A stretch of DNA of 64,000 nucleotides, taken from assembly GCA_037481835.1 (NCBI GenBank), contig JBBFKW010000010.1:32001-96000 (forward strand), written 5' to 3'. The stretch is from Desulfosoma sp. Its GTDB lineage: Bacteria; Desulfobacterota; Syntrophobacteria; Syntrophobacterales; DSM-9756. The first letter of the stretch is position 1. Each line of letters begins with the position of its first letter. The notes under the pieces are model-generated. The model made no database searches and was not told where the DNA came from. It saw only the letters and a list, made by a program, of their open reading frames with translations. The position numbers were made by a program, and so were the translations under genes. This document shows positions 18,055 through 28,815 of this stretch, in pieces.

Positions 18055-18100
18055 GCTTCATTCTGAAACTGTTTCATCGTAAGCGTTTCACATGTGAAAC
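18055..18100. promoter_or_regulatory. Clustered TTTCA/TGAAAC palindromes, candidate regulator sites
   Basis: Perfect 16-bp palindrome GTTTCACATGTGAAAC (18085-18100) plus gcttcattctgaaac and tgaaactgtttca in the divergent promoter region. Confidence 0.5.
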
Positions 18101-18286
18101 AGATCGTGCCTCTTCCCTTTCAAACGCCGGGGCGTCGGGGACCTTGGCGGCTGGAGGCTCTCTCTTTTCCGATGGGAATCGGGACGCCCCTTAAGGGAAA
18201 AACGGTTGCATCTTCCCGGCGGGGGCTCTATAAGGAATGCAAGTGAATGGGCGCTGCCACGGCCGTTTCCGCGAGGGTCCGACTCT

Positions 18287-19819
18287 ATGACGGGAAACGA
18301 AAATCTTCCCCCGCCTTCCATGCTCTCCGCTTTTTACGCCGCCGTTCCCGACGCGGTGATGTTTGTCGACCCCCAAGGAAGCATCGTCCATGCCAACCCC
18401 GCGGCATGCCGCCTCGTGGGCTACGCCCTGGAAGACCTGCAGCGTTCCCAGGTGGATTTGCTGTTTCGCCCTCAGGATGTGTCACGGCTCCTTGGGGAAG
18501 CCCCCAAACATGACAAGGGCTCGGGCGGCTGCGGCGAATACCGCCTCAGGCGCTCCGACGGGACCGTGCTGTGGGTGGAGGTGCTCGCCTTCGCCTTTCC
18601 GCCCGAGTATCAGGGCCTGATGGGCTGGGTGGTCAAGGACATCACGGCCCGCAAAGAAGTGGAAGCGGATATCGCCACCCGGACAAAGCTGGAAGCCGTT
18701 TCCACCTTGGCCGGCGGCATCGCCCACGACTGGAACAACATCTTGTCCATCATCCTGGGAAACCTGGACCTGGCCCAAACCCGGTGCCCCCCTGAAGATC
18801 CCATGGCGGCCATGTTGCAAAGCGCCCACCGGGCGGCCATGGAAGCCCGGGAGCTGGTCTTCAAGTTTTTGTGTTTCGCCCGAAGCGCCGTACAGGAAGT
18901 GACCACCGTCCATGCCGGTTCTCTCGCGGAAGAGGCCTGCCGGGCGACCTTGTCCGGAAAACCCGTCACCGGCCAGGTGGCCTTCGAAAACGGGGTTTGG
19001 AGCCTCAAAGGAGACCCCCAACTGTTGCGGACCGTTTTGGTCAACATCCTGGAAAACGCCCGAACCGCCAGCCCCGTAGGCGGCCGCATCCAGGTGAGGC
19101 TCCAAAACGTCCAGATCGGCCCCCAGGATGCCTTGTGTCGCTATGTCAAACCCGGATCCTATGTTCGTTTCGACATCCAAGACGAAGGCCCCGGCATCCC
19201 GGCGGACATTCTGGAACGCGTCTTCGATCCCTATTTTTCCACCAAGCCGCGCGGCACCCAAAAGGGCATGGGCATGGGGCTTTCGGTGGCCTGGGGCATC
19301 GTGCAGAGCCATGGCGGCCACATCGCCATCGCTTCTCCGGAACAGGGGGGCACGACGGTCACGGTCTACCTCCCGGCGGTTTCTGAATCCCGGTCACTGA
19401 AGGCGGCTCTCGCCGAAATGGAAGGGCCGCTTCGCGCCAAGATCCTGGTCATGGACGACGAGCCCATGCTGCGCCAGCTGGCCGAAGCCGTCATGGAGCA
19501 TCTGGGATACGAGTGCGAGACGGCGCGCCACGGCAAGGAAGCCGTGGCCAAGTACAAGGAGGCCATGGACAAGGGAGAACCCTTCGACATGGTGATCCTG
19601 GACCTCACGGTCAAAGGCGGCATGGGGGGCATCCCCACCATGGCCCAGCTCCTCACCATTGATCCCCACGTCAAGGCCGTGATTTACACGGGCTATTCGG
19701 CGGATCCCATTCTCGAAAATTATCGCCTTTACGGTTTTCAGGGAGCTCTTCCCAAGCCTTACGCCATCAAGGATATGGCGGACATGATCCGGCGCGTGGT
19801 TGGAAAAAGGGAACACTAA
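18287..19819 (+). CDS. PAS hybrid sensor kinase / receiver
   Basis: PAS, GIAHDWNN H-box, NILENA, DEGPGI, FDPYFSTK, GMGLS, ILVMDDE receiver. Confidence 0.9.
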   Translation: MTGNENLPPPSMLSAFYAAVPDAVMFVDPQGSIVHANPAACRLVGYALEDLQRSQVDLLFRPQDVSRLLGEAPKHDKGSGGCGEYRLRRSDGTVLWVEVLAFAFPPEYQGLMGWVVKDITARKEVEADIATRTKLEAVSTLAGGIAHDWNNILSIILGNLDLAQTRCPPEDPMAAMLQSAHRAAMEARELVFKFLCFARSAVQEVTTVHAGSLAEEACRATLSGKPVTGQVAFENGVWSLKGDPQLLRTVLVNILENARTASPVGGRIQVRLQNVQIGPQDALCRYVKPGSYVRFDIQDEGPGIPADILERVFDPYFSTKPRGTQKGMGMGLSVAWGIVQSHGGHIAIASPEQGGTTVTVYLPAVSESRSLKAALAEMEGPLRAKILVMDDEPMLRQLAEAVMEHLGYECETARHGKEAVAKYKEAMDKGEPFDMVILDLTVKGGMGGIPTMAQLLTIDPHVKAVIYTGYSADPILENYRLYGFQGALPKPYAIKDMADMIRRVVGKREH

Positions 19820-19912
19820 AAAAAGCGGGGCCTGGGGGGCTCCGGCAGGCGGCGTGTTCCCGACGGCCCCACATGGCCCCAGCCCGTGTGGGAACGATCG
19901 CTGTAGACCGCT

Positions 19913-21238
19913 TCAGACGGTGCGGCGTCCCATTTCCTGCGCGATGTCTTGAATCGCCCCTTGGATCTTGCTCAGGGCCCCCAGCCTTTCCTTGGCCCTT
20001 TCTAGATACGGCAAGGCGTCCGGGTTTTTGTGTCGTCCCAGGGCCTGGGCCGTCCAGTTGACGACGTAAGGGTTTTCGTGCTCGCTCATGCGGGCGAGGA
20101 TCCCAAAGCTCTGCTCCGTCGGGACGGCACCGAGCACCATGATAAGACCTATTTTCAGTTCATCGAAGGCCGTATTTTCAAAAAGTGCCTTTTCAATGAC
20201 CGGCACAGCCGCCTCGCCCATCTCTTCCAGGTATTTCAGGCACATCTGGGAAAAATAGGGAAAGCGGAACATGGACAGTTCCGCGAGGAGCCGCGCCGTC
20301 TCCGGGTGCCCGGAAGCGTTGAGGAGTTCCGGGACAAAGAGGCTCGCCCACGAAAAGTTGTAGCACAGGGGCAGAAGATACGGGACCGCCGCCGGTCCTT
20401 CCCCGAGGATTTCGTGCAACACGGGCGCCAGAGCCTTTCGGCGCGCCTCGATGCCTTCCTGGTCTTTTTGAGGGAACCGCTTGCGATCGTTGGCCGCTTT
20501 GAGTTTGGCGGCACGGCGCGCCGCCGGGGACGTGGCGTCTGAGGGAAATTCCTTGGCGTAGGTTCGGGCGCGCTGAGCGATCCAAAACTTCTCCAACCAC
20601 GTGCTCGGCGAATAGAAATGGACCAGCTGGGTCCGTTCCAGCCCTTCCCGTTTGTGGTAGCCGTTTTCCTGGAAGAAATCCTTTTCTTCCACCGCCACCT
20701 GGTAACGGGTGCGGGCTCGGTAAAAAGCGGCGTCGTAGTCTCCCTGGCCCAGGCACGCGGACACCACGATATCGTGCAGCCGGTCGTCTTCCGGAAATTT
20801 TTCCAAGAGCGTTTCGGCACGCGTGCGGGCCTTGGCGTAGGCCTCTTCCATCAGGGCCTGGAATCCCTTGTTGACTTCCTCCTGCAACTTTTCCCTCTGG
20901 TGCATGCGTTCCTCGAGCTTTTGCAGCTCGTCTTTGGGCAGGGCCTTACGGGCTTCTTCGTGGTGGGCCATGCAGCACTTCTTGTATTTTTTTCCCGACC
21001 CACACGGGCAGGGATCGTTTCGGCCCACTTTGCGCACGATCAGCTCATCGGCCAAGGCCATTTGGCGGCGGGACATCTTGTAGTCCTCGATGAGCTTGTC
21101 CAGATCCTGTTCCCGTAGGCCGTAACGGGCGCAGACCGTTTCCCGGCTCACGCCTTGAAAAACGTCATAGACGGGCTGCCACGGGTTAGGCGGCGGGGTC
21201 AGGGGTTTTTGGGGCGCGGATGAGGGCGTATGGGTCAT
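19913..21238 (-). CDS. SEC-C motif protein with TPR/HEAT-like repeats
   Basis: [18 protein letters not shown]; helical repeats downstream. Confidence 0.8.
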   Translation of the reverse strand: MTHTPSSAPQKPLTPPPNPWQPVYDVFQGVSRETVCARYGLREQDLDKLIEDYKMSRRQMALADELIVRKVGRNDPCPCGSGKKYKKCCMAHHEEARKALPKDELQKLEERMHQREKLQEEVNKGFQALMEEAYAKARTRAETLLEKFPEDDRLHDIVVSACLGQGDYDAAFYRARTRYQVAVEEKDFFQENGYHKREGLERTQLVHFYSPSTWLEKFWIAQRARTYAKEFPSDATSPAARRAAKLKAANDRKRFPQKDQEGIEARRKALAPVLHEILGEGPAAVPYLLPLCYNFSWASLFVPELLNASGHPETARLLAELSMFRFPYFSQMCLKYLEEMGEAAVPVIEKALFENTAFDELKIGLIMVLGAVPTEQSFGILARMSEHENPYVVNWTAQALGRHKNPDALPYLERAKERLGALSKIQGAIQDIAQEMGRRTV

Positions 21239-21307
21239 ACAAAGGGTCCTTTCACGAAACGACGGTCAACGGAAAATTCCTTCGGGGCCGAAAGCACGGC
21301 ATCTCTA

Positions 21308-21865
21308 TCATCCTGAAACGGTTCTGTCAAAATCGGCCTGGGCGGTATAGAGGTTCACGAGGCGCGCGGCAAGTTCTTCGGGCGACGCGGTGTCGGCGTC
21401 CAATACAACGCGCGCCGACGCTTCATACCATGGGCTCCTTCGAGCAAGCACTTCGGCCGCTTCGGCGACGACATCCCCCCCGGTCAAGGACGGCCTCGAG
21501 GGGGCGGTTTTTTCGTCGGAGGCCAGGCGCCGGCACAGGATTTCCGGGGCGCAGCGGACCCACGCGGTGAAAAAGGATTGCTGGAGCACCCTTCGGTTTT
21601 CTTCCCGTTCCACGACGCCGCCTCCCGTGGCCACGACGATTTTGTCGTCTCGGGACAGGTCGGCCAACAGGCGGGCTTCCCTGTCACGGAAGCTTTCCCA
21701 GCCGAACCGGTCGACCCACGCCGCGATGGAAAGCCCCAAGGACGCCGAAAGGACCTCGTCCATGTCCACGAAGCGCCATCCCAAGGCACGGGCGACGAGC
21801 GGCCCGAGGGTGCTTTTCCCCGAAGCGCGAAACCCGATCACGGCGATTCGTCTTGGCACAGGCAC
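21308..21865 (-). CDS. aroK: Shikimate kinase
   Basis: GFRASGKST, FVDMD, GWESFRDRE, ATGGG, RPSL. Confidence 0.9.
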   Translation of the reverse strand: MPVPRRIAVIGFRASGKSTLGPLVARALGWRFVDMDEVLSASLGLSIAAWVDRFGWESFRDREARLLADLSRDDKIVVATGGGVVEREENRRVLQQSFFTAWVRCAPEILCRRLASDEKTAPSRPSLTGGDVVAEAAEVLARRSPWYEASARVVLDADTASPEELAARLVNLYTAQADFDRTVSG

Positions 21866-22042
21866 AATCCGCTCCTGCGAATAGAAATTCCTCTCCCCGG
21901 CCTCATACGATGTTTTTCGGGCTTAGACAAGCTTTCCCGGAGGCTTCGTCGTCCACAAAACATTAGGCGGACCGGGCGGCGCCGGGGTAATCTCGGACGG
22001 CGGAAAAAAGGCATGCGACGGATGAAGGAAAGGAGCCCGCTT

Positions 22043-22528
22043 ATGATGAAAAAAGTTTTGGTCCTCCACGGGGTCAATCTCAACATGTTCGGCCGGCGCG
22101 ACGCCCGCCACTATGGGACCTGGACGCTGGCGGACATCGACCGGGAACTGGCCGCCCTGGGTCGGGATTTGGGCGTTTACGTCGAAACCTTCCAAACCAA
22201 TAGGGAAGGCGACATGGTGGAACGCATCCACAGGGCGCTGGACGACGGCACGCAGGCCGTCGTCATCAATGCGGGAGCCTGGACCCATTACAGCTACGCC
22301 CTGAGAGACGCCCTGGAAATGCTTCCCCTGCCGGTGGTGGAAGTCCACATGTCCCATATTGACGCCCGCGACGCGTTTCGGCGCCGCTCGGTCTTGGCCC
22401 CCGTGGTCGCCGGCCGGATCTCGGGCTTCGGCATCCACAGCTACCTTCTAGGCCTTCGGGCGGCCGTCGCCCTCATGGACGCCGCCACCCCGCCCACGGC
22501 CCAAAAACCCGCCGAAGATTCACACTGA
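22043..22528 (+). CDS. aroQ: Type II 3-dehydroquinate dehydratase
   Basis: HGVNLNMFGRR..YG, FQTNREG, INAGAWTHYS, EVHMSH. Confidence 0.92.
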   Translation: MMKKVLVLHGVNLNMFGRRDARHYGTWTLADIDRELAALGRDLGVYVETFQTNREGDMVERIHRALDDGTQAVVINAGAWTHYSYALRDALEMLPLPVVEVHMSHIDARDAFRRRSVLAPVVAGRISGFGIHSYLLGLRAAVALMDAATPPTAQKPAEDSH

Positions 22529-22618
22529 CTCCTTCGGGCCGAAAGAGGGTCGCACGAACCAACAACGCCTTAAGCATTGGTATTGACATCTTCACACCCA
22601 GCACAAAGGCTAAAATCC

Positions 22619-23794
22619 GTGAGCGAAAAGGGCAATGGGGCGGCTTTCCGGTTTGTGATGGTTTTGGGGGTGGTGAGCCTCTTGGCGGACATGACCTACG
22701 AGGCGGCTCGGAGCATCACCGGGCCGTACCTTGGGATCCTCGGCGCAAGCGCTTCCGTCGTGGGGGTGGTGGCCGGCATGGGGGAACTCATCGGCTACGG
22801 CATGCGCCTCGTCTCCGGCATCGTGAGCGACCGCACGCAGCGCTACTGGGCCGTCACCATGACGGGCTACGCCGTGAATCTTCTCGCCGTTCCGGCCTTG
22901 GCCTTGGCGGGCCGGTGGGAAGTCGCCGCAGTGCTCATCATGGCCGAACGTCTCGGAAAAGCCATCCGCACACCGGCTCGAGACGCCCTGCTTTCTCATG
23001 CCGCCCACAGTGTGGGTCGGGGATGGGCATTCGGCCTTCACGAAGCCATGGATCAAATCGGCGCCATGACGGGCCCGATGATCGTCGCCGCCGTCCTCGC
23101 CTGGAAGGGTCGTTACGAATACGGGTTTGCCGTGCTCGCCGTTCCTGCGGTGTTGGCGTTGGGGGCTCTGGCTTTGGCACGCTCTTTTTACCCTGTGCCC
23201 CGAGACCTCGAGCCTTCCTTCCCCATGGGCAACGCACGCGGCCTTCAGGGAACGTTCCGGCTCTACCTTGCGGCCGTGGCCTTCGTCGCCCTGGGGTTTG
23301 CGGACTATCCCCTGGCGGCCCTCCACATGAAGACCGCGGGCGTCCTTCCCGACACGTGGATCCCTCTGATCTACGCCGGCGCCATGGGCGTGGACGCTGT
23401 GGCCGCCCTCGTTTTCGGGAGGCTTTATGACAAGAAAGGGTTTTCCGTCCTTCCGGCCATGATCGCAGTGTCTGCGTGGAGCGCTCCCCTGGTCTTCTTG
23501 GCCGGCCGGGGGGCGCTCGTTGTGGGCATGGTTTTGTGGGGCGTGGGCATGGGCGCTCAGGAATCCATCATTCGCGCGGTGGTCGCGGACATTGTGCCAC
23601 GTAACCGGCGGGCCACAGGATATGGGATATTCAATACGGGCTTCGGGATCGCCTGGTTTGCCGGCAGCGCCCTCATGGGATTCCTCTACGACCGATCTTT
23701 ACTCGCTCTGGCCGTCTTTTCCACGGCGTCCCAGTTGGGGGCCCTGCCCCTCCTCATGGCGGTTGGAAAGCGCCTTCGTTCCCCTGCGCCTTGA
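22619..23794 (+). CDS. MFS transporter
   Basis: ~12 hydrophobic segments, GIVSDRT, ERLGKAIRTPARD, GRLYDKKG; start may be 22577. Confidence 0.85.
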   Translation: MSEKGNGAAFRFVMVLGVVSLLADMTYEAARSITGPYLGILGASASVVGVVAGMGELIGYGMRLVSGIVSDRTQRYWAVTMTGYAVNLLAVPALALAGRWEVAAVLIMAERLGKAIRTPARDALLSHAAHSVGRGWAFGLHEAMDQIGAMTGPMIVAAVLAWKGRYEYGFAVLAVPAVLALGALALARSFYPVPRDLEPSFPMGNARGLQGTFRLYLAAVAFVALGFADYPLAALHMKTAGVLPDTWIPLIYAGAMGVDAVAALVFGRLYDKKGFSVLPAMIAVSAWSAPLVFLAGRGALVVGMVLWGVGMGAQESIIRAVVADIVPRNRRATGYGIFNTGFGIAWFAGSALMGFLYDRSLLALAVFSTASQLGALPLLMAVGKRLRSPAP

Positions 23795-23884
23795 CGAGGA
23801 CTCTTCTGTTCGGCTAGGAAAGGTTCCGAAGAAAACAACGGAAAAAGCCTCCTTTCCGACCCTGGCCTCGCTTAAGGACCGCGC

Positions 23885-24622
23885 GTGCGACGGGACGCCC
23901 TTTCCCCCGATAATCCCCTACTGCGGCCCCTGCCCTCCTGGGGGGCGTCTGTTCTGTGCGCTTTGCATCAAACCTGTCGTTTCCGCGTTCTCGGCCATCC
24001 CCACCTTCAGGCGGTCCTGGACGGGCCGCGCCCCGGCCTCTTGGCCATTTGGCATTTCGCCTTTCCATCGGTAATCTCTTATTTCCGGCATCTCAACGCT
24101 GTGATCATGGTCAGCCGGTCCCGGGACGGGGAGTGGGCTGCTCGGCTGGTGCACGCCTTAGGCTTTCAAACCGTTCGAGGATCGTCCCATCGAGGGGGGG
24201 CCGAGGCCTTGCGGGCCATGTTTCGCCTCGTCCGAAAAGGCTACCCGGCGGGGCTCGTCGCCGACGGATCCCAGGGGCCCGCACTGGTCGCTCAGAAAGG
24301 CATCGTGTGGCTCGCCGCGGCCGCTCAATTGCCCCTGGTCCCGCTCAGCCTGGCCGCCGACCGCGCGTGGCGCCTGCCCAGCTGGGACCGAACCCTTATT
24401 CCCAAGCCCTTTTCCCGAATCATCTTCGCCGCCGGAGAGCCGATTCATGTGCCTCGCCCGTGCGCCGAAGACGATTTGGAACTTCATCGCGGCGTTCTGG
24501 AAACCCGCCTGAACGCGTTGACGGAGCTCGCCCGGAAAAGCCTGGCACAGCCCGCATCGGCGCATGGCTGGATCCGGGGCGGAGGATGGGTGGAAACTTT
24601 TCGAGGCGCCAAAACCAGGTGA
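23885..24622 (+). CDS. DUF374 / lysophospholipid acyltransferase family protein
   Basis: WH, SRSRDGE, RGSS, ADG, SWDR..PKPF; start uncertain. Confidence 0.8.
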   Translation: MRRDALSPDNPLLRPLPSWGASVLCALHQTCRFRVLGHPHLQAVLDGPRPGLLAIWHFAFPSVISYFRHLNAVIMVSRSRDGEWAARLVHALGFQTVRGSSHRGGAEALRAMFRLVRKGYPAGLVADGSQGPALVAQKGIVWLAAAAQLPLVPLSLAADRAWRLPSWDRTLIPKPFSRIIFAAGEPIHVPRPCAEDDLELHRGVLETRLNALTELARKSLAQPASAHGWIRGGGWVETFRGAKTR

Positions 24623-24650
24623 GGCCGACCTCAGGGAGAAAGGAGACCCC

Positions 24651-25646
24651 ATGATTCGAAGCGCCGTCGTCGGCATCGGCAGTTATGTTCCCCCCAAAGT
24701 CGTCACCAACGACGATCTCTCCCGGCTGATGACCACAAGCGACGAATGGATCCAGACCCGAACGGGCATCCGAGAACGCCGCTTCGCCGAAGAAGGGGTG
24801 AAATGCTCGGACCTGGCTCTGGAAGCCTGCCGGAAAGCCCTTTCGGATGCAGGCATGACGGCCGAGGACCTGGACTTTCTCATCTTCGCCACCCTCAGCC
24901 CCGACCATCATTTTCCCGGAACCGGCTGCTACCTCCAACCCAAGCTGGGCACGGGACCCATTGGATGCCTGGACGTGCGCAACCAATGCACAGGCTTCCT
25001 CTATTCGCTCACGGTTGCCGACGCCTTGATCCGTGCCGGCGTTTACAGGAACATCCTCGTGGTCGGTGCCGAAGTGCACAGCAGCGCTCTGGATTTTTCC
25101 GACCGGGGCCGTGACGTGGCCGTCTTGTTCGGGGACGGAGCCGCCGCCGTGGTTTTGAGCCCTTCGGCCGATCCCGATCGCGGCGTGCTCTACACAGAAC
25201 TCCACGCCGACGGCCGGTTCGCCAGGGCCCTGTGTCTGGACATCTGGGATATTTCGAGAAAGCCTTACCTTACGCCGGAGACGGCGGCAACCCAGGACAT
25301 CTGGCCCCAAATGGACGGCAAGACGGTGTTCAAACACGCCGTCACCCGGTTGAGTGAGGCGATCCAGCACACGCTGGCCGTGAATGGGGTTTCGGCCGAG
25401 GACATTAAATACGTCATTCCCCATCAGGCCAACATGCGCATCAACCAGATGGTGGCTCAGAAGTTGGGGTTTCCCGAAGAAAAATTTCTCCACAACATGC
25501 AGCGCTACGGCAACACCACGGCAGCCAGCATCCCTTTGTTGCTGGACGAGGCGCACCGCACCGGCATGATCCAAAAAGGGGACCTTGTGCTCCTGGCGGC
25601 CTTCGGGTCGGGATTTACGTGGGGCACGGCCTTGATGCGATGGTAA
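24651..25646 (+). CDS. fabH: 3-oxoacyl-ACP synthase III
   Basis: WIQTRTGIRERR, NQCTGF, LFGDGA, PHQAN, YGNTTAAS, AFGSG. Confidence 0.92.
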   Translation: MIRSAVVGIGSYVPPKVVTNDDLSRLMTTSDEWIQTRTGIRERRFAEEGVKCSDLALEACRKALSDAGMTAEDLDFLIFATLSPDHHFPGTGCYLQPKLGTGPIGCLDVRNQCTGFLYSLTVADALIRAGVYRNILVVGAEVHSSALDFSDRGRDVAVLFGDGAAAVVLSPSADPDRGVLYTELHADGRFARALCLDIWDISRKPYLTPETAATQDIWPQMDGKTVFKHAVTRLSEAIQHTLAVNGVSAEDIKYVIPHQANMRINQMVAQKLGFPEEKFLHNMQRYGNTTAASIPLLLDEAHRTGMIQKGDLVLLAAFGSGFTWGTALMRW

Positions 25647-25655
25647 GGCGGGGGT

Positions 25656-25760
25656 GTCGGGGAGAGCGAAGCGAACCCCGACCAACATTTAAAAAAAGCC
25701 TGGCGCGGAAATCCGAGCGTGCCTGGGGCGTTGGGGTTCGCTGCGCTCACCCCAACCTAC
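25656..25760. repeat. Pair of inverted GTAG-family REPs between convergent genes
   Basis: 25656-25682 gtcggggagagcgaagcgaaccccgac and 25730-25760 gttggggttcgctgcgctcaccccaacctac. Confidence 0.8.
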
Positions 25761-25781
25761 GCGTGGCCGCATGGGGCTGCG

Positions 25782-28664
25782 TCAGGCGGGAGCCTCTTCG
25801 GGACATGGAGCGGGATCCCCTCCGATACCCAGGAACTCCTTGAGGCTTGAAACCACGTGGCGCAGCCGGCGGGGTTCGATCCAGACCCCCACGGCGGCAA
25901 TGACCGAGTGGCGCCGGTACGGGTCCACTTCGAACTGCCACGGCCGGACGGCCCCTTCAATCCCTTTGCTCTTGAGGAAGATTTCAAAGTCGCGAACCTT
26001 CCGGCACAGTTTTTCGTACTCATCCCGGCCGTAGACCACACCGTCGAATTCCCCGAAGGAGCACCGGCCGAAGGCGATGATGTATCCCGGTTCCGCGCCG
26101 GGGTTCCCGCCCGCCTTCTCCCGCATGATGCGCAATTCGGGATAGGGGGCGAAAACCGGGTCCACATGATAAAGGTCCACGAAGTCCCCTTCGGGCACGG
26201 CGCTTTGCAAGGTCATGGGGCAGCCGTGCTTGGTCTGATCGAGAAAAGTTCTGAGATACCGGCACACCACGTCGAAGTCTTCATCGGGCACGGCCAACCC
26301 GATGCTCACGATGCGGGCGTGCCCTTGGCCCAAAGGCGGCTCCCCCTGGATGATGCGCAGGCGCTCCGTGAGCCGTGGGTTGATCTGCTTGAGGTAAGAT
26401 AGGAAATTGCGGGCGAGGATTTCCTTTTCCGCGTATTTCATGAGCCCAGGATTGATTTGGATACTGTCCAAATCCTGATCGTATTCGAAGTTGCTGGCAA
26501 AGATAAGGTAATAATAATGGGGCACGCGCATGAGGTGAAACCCCTCGGCTTCGAACTCTTTGACCACGCTCATGGTGCGGTTCTTGATAAAAATATCCCG
26601 GATGACGTCGCTTTCGCCTTCCCCCCGTTCTTTGGCTTTTTCCACCATGATTTCGTGAACCCAGTGGGTGCGCCATGTGGTGCATAGCATGAGGGCCCTG
26701 AGGATTTTCAGCACCTCTTCGCCCAGGCGATGGCCGCGGTAGACCAAGGGCGGTCCCAGGTCGAACTGGTCCACGTTGACGTCTTTCAAAGCCAGGGTGC
26801 GTTCCCGGTCCTTTTCGGGGATGTAGATGAGGTACGTGGCGAAGGCGTGCATGAGTTCCTTTTCGGACACGGTCCGGTCCCCTTCCTTGAGGCGCGTTTC
26901 CAACCTCTGGTAATGGGCGAGTTCCAGTTCCATCTGGTAATGGACGTCCAGCAAGGTTTCGTAGTCCAGCTCATGGTAGCCGGCCCGATCGAACTGGTCC
27001 CGAAGGTATTCCCAATCCACATAGAGTTTCTTGCGGATTTTACGATCCACCAGAAAATCCTGGGATTGCGTGAACCCCACAATGCCCCGTTCCCCATCCA
27101 CGAACACTTCGCGGCCCATGAAGGCGGCCAGGGTGCATTCCGGGTTGAGTTCAATGCGGTCCTCGTCCACGAGCACCAAGGGTCGGCCGTGGACGTCCGT
27201 CACGTTGATGAGGTAGGGTTTGCTGTAGGCCACGGCCGAGACGGCCTCATGGCCCGTGACGTTGCCGTCGCAGCGGATGATCCCGCGCACGTTGGGGTGA
27301 TTGACCGCTAGATCCGTTTCTCCGTAGGGCCTCTTGCGCAGCATGATCACGGCGCGGCCCTGGCGAGCCAGCTCCAGGGCCTCTTCCGTTCCGAACACCA
27401 AGACGCCGCGGTCCGCCGTGTCCGTGATGGGCTCCCCCACGGCAAGGACCTCATAGTCGCAAAAACCCTCTCTGAGCATCTTTTCCGGCTGTTCCAGGGC
27501 CGTGTTGATGATGAGGGAGGCCATCTGGATGGTGGTTTTCCCTTCATCCACAAGATCCCACATGGCCCGGGCCGTCGCGGAAAAGGTCATTCGCAGCGGG
27601 CGGCGTTGGAGGATGTAGAGCTTTCGGTCCTCCACGGTAAATTCCACGTCGAGGGGCCTTTTGGCCCGCGCTTCCAGCCGGTCCCGAACGGTCATGAGCA
27701 GTTCGAAGATGTCGGGAAAGCGCACTTCCAGGTCCTTGGTGTGCAGGAGTTCCTTTCGCAGCTTCCCCGAGACGATCTTGTCGCATTGCACCTTGGGTGC
27801 CCATTCGATAACGGGCGCAGCCGCGCCGGTTCTCGGATTTCGCGTAAACAGGACCCCGCCCAAACACCCGTGCTCGTCCCGGTTGCCGAAAACCATGGTC
27901 TGGACAATGACCGCCGTCCCCATATCGTCCGGGACTTTGGGACTGCGGCTCAGCCGGGCCTCCACCGCCGTTTCCGCCATCCACGAATGGAACACGCTTT
28001 CAATGGCCGCCCGCAGTTGTTTGAGAGGGTCCGATTCCATGCGAGCCGGACTCCCTTCGGGCGCGGCGCGGAGGAGCACCTTTTTGTAGGCATCGATCAG
28101 GGGAAAGAGTTCATCCACGGGAACGGAGCCTTCGTCCCCCACATGAAACTTCTGCAGGACTTCGTAGAAATGCTCATAAGGAATCCCCAGCACCACTTCG
28201 CCGTACATGCGAATGGCTTCCAGGTAAGTCCCCAAAAGGAACCCCTCGTCTTCGCCCGCCTCGATCAAGGCGGTCACGATTTCGTCGTTCAAGCCCACGT
28301 TGAGGATCGTGCTGATGGCTCCGGGAAGGGACACGGGCGCGCCGCCCCTCACAGCGACAATCAGGGGCATGCGGCCGCCGGTATCGCCATAGCGGCGCCC
28401 CACGCGCCGTTCCAGATCGGCAAGAGCCACGGTGACGGCGGCGAACAAGCCCTCGGGAAGCGAGCCGCCGTTGTCGCGGAAGGCTTTCCAGGCGTCGGTG
28501 GTCAAAATGAAGCCGTCCGGGACAGAGATCCGATGTTCCATGCCGGGAAAATCGGACCTCAAATTCTGGAAATCCTCCACCAACTTGGCCCCCTTGGCTC
28601 CCAGCTTGTCGATTTGGGAAGGGTCCGCCTTTTCGAAGGAAATCACCATGGCATCGTAGGGCAT
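25782..28664 (-). CDS. PPDK-like dikinase: ATP-grasp and phospho-His domains with unknown C-terminal domain
   Basis: LGAKGA, VPDGF, TILNVGLND, VQTMVFGN, FTRNP, DVEFT..LQRR, GNVTGHEAV; no recognisable pyruvate-binding barrel. Confidence 0.8.
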   Translation of the reverse strand: MPYDAMVISFEKADPSQIDKLGAKGAKLVEDFQNLRSDFPGMEHRISVPDGFILTTDAWKAFRDNGGSLPEGLFAAVTVALADLERRVGRRYGDTGGRMPLIVAVRGGAPVSLPGAISTILNVGLNDEIVTALIEAGEDEGFLLGTYLEAIRMYGEVVLGIPYEHFYEVLQKFHVGDEGSVPVDELFPLIDAYKKVLLRAAPEGSPARMESDPLKQLRAAIESVFHSWMAETAVEARLSRSPKVPDDMGTAVIVQTMVFGNRDEHGCLGGVLFTRNPRTGAAAPVIEWAPKVQCDKIVSGKLRKELLHTKDLEVRFPDIFELLMTVRDRLEARAKRPLDVEFTVEDRKLYILQRRPLRMTFSATARAMWDLVDEGKTTIQMASLIINTALEQPEKMLREGFCDYEVLAVGEPITDTADRGVLVFGTEEALELARQGRAVIMLRKRPYGETDLAVNHPNVRGIIRCDGNVTGHEAVSAVAYSKPYLINVTDVHGRPLVLVDEDRIELNPECTLAAFMGREVFVDGERGIVGFTQSQDFLVDRKIRKKLYVDWEYLRDQFDRAGYHELDYETLLDVHYQMELELAHYQRLETRLKEGDRTVSEKELMHAFATYLIYIPEKDRERTLALKDVNVDQFDLGPPLVYRGHRLGEEVLKILRALMLCTTWRTHWVHEIMVEKAKERGEGESDVIRDIFIKNRTMSVVKEFEAEGFHLMRVPHYYYLIFASNFEYDQDLDSIQINPGLMKYAEKEILARNFLSYLKQINPRLTERLRIIQGEPPLGQGHARIVSIGLAVPDEDFDVVCRYLRTFLDQTKHGCPMTLQSAVPEGDFVDLYHVDPVFAPYPELRIMREKAGGNPGAEPGYIIAFGRCSFGEFDGVVYGRDEYEKLCRKVRDFEIFLKSKGIEGAVRPWQFEVDPYRRHSVIAAVGVWIEPRRLRHVVSSLKEFLGIGGDPAPCPEEAPA

Positions 28665-28815
28665 GGACGGCTCCTCACGGCTGCGGGTGCACGGAATCAA
28701 AGCCGGCGCCGCATATGGGAAAAGCGGGATTGGTCTTCATTTGATGCCATAGCTGTGCTACAAAAAAAAGGAATGTGAATTTTTTCGATTATGCGCGCGC
28801 TCACAAGCCGGAATC

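Noticed and set aside
16360..18066. 568-aa plus-strand ORF
   Set aside because: Antisense shadow of the radical SAM gene, typical of high-GC DNA
18085..18100. parS site
   Set aside because: Two extra central bases relative to GTTTCACGTGAAAC break the spacing
28773..28790. Rex operator upstream of the hdr cluster
   Set aside because: atgtgaattttttcgatt matches only the left half well; too weak
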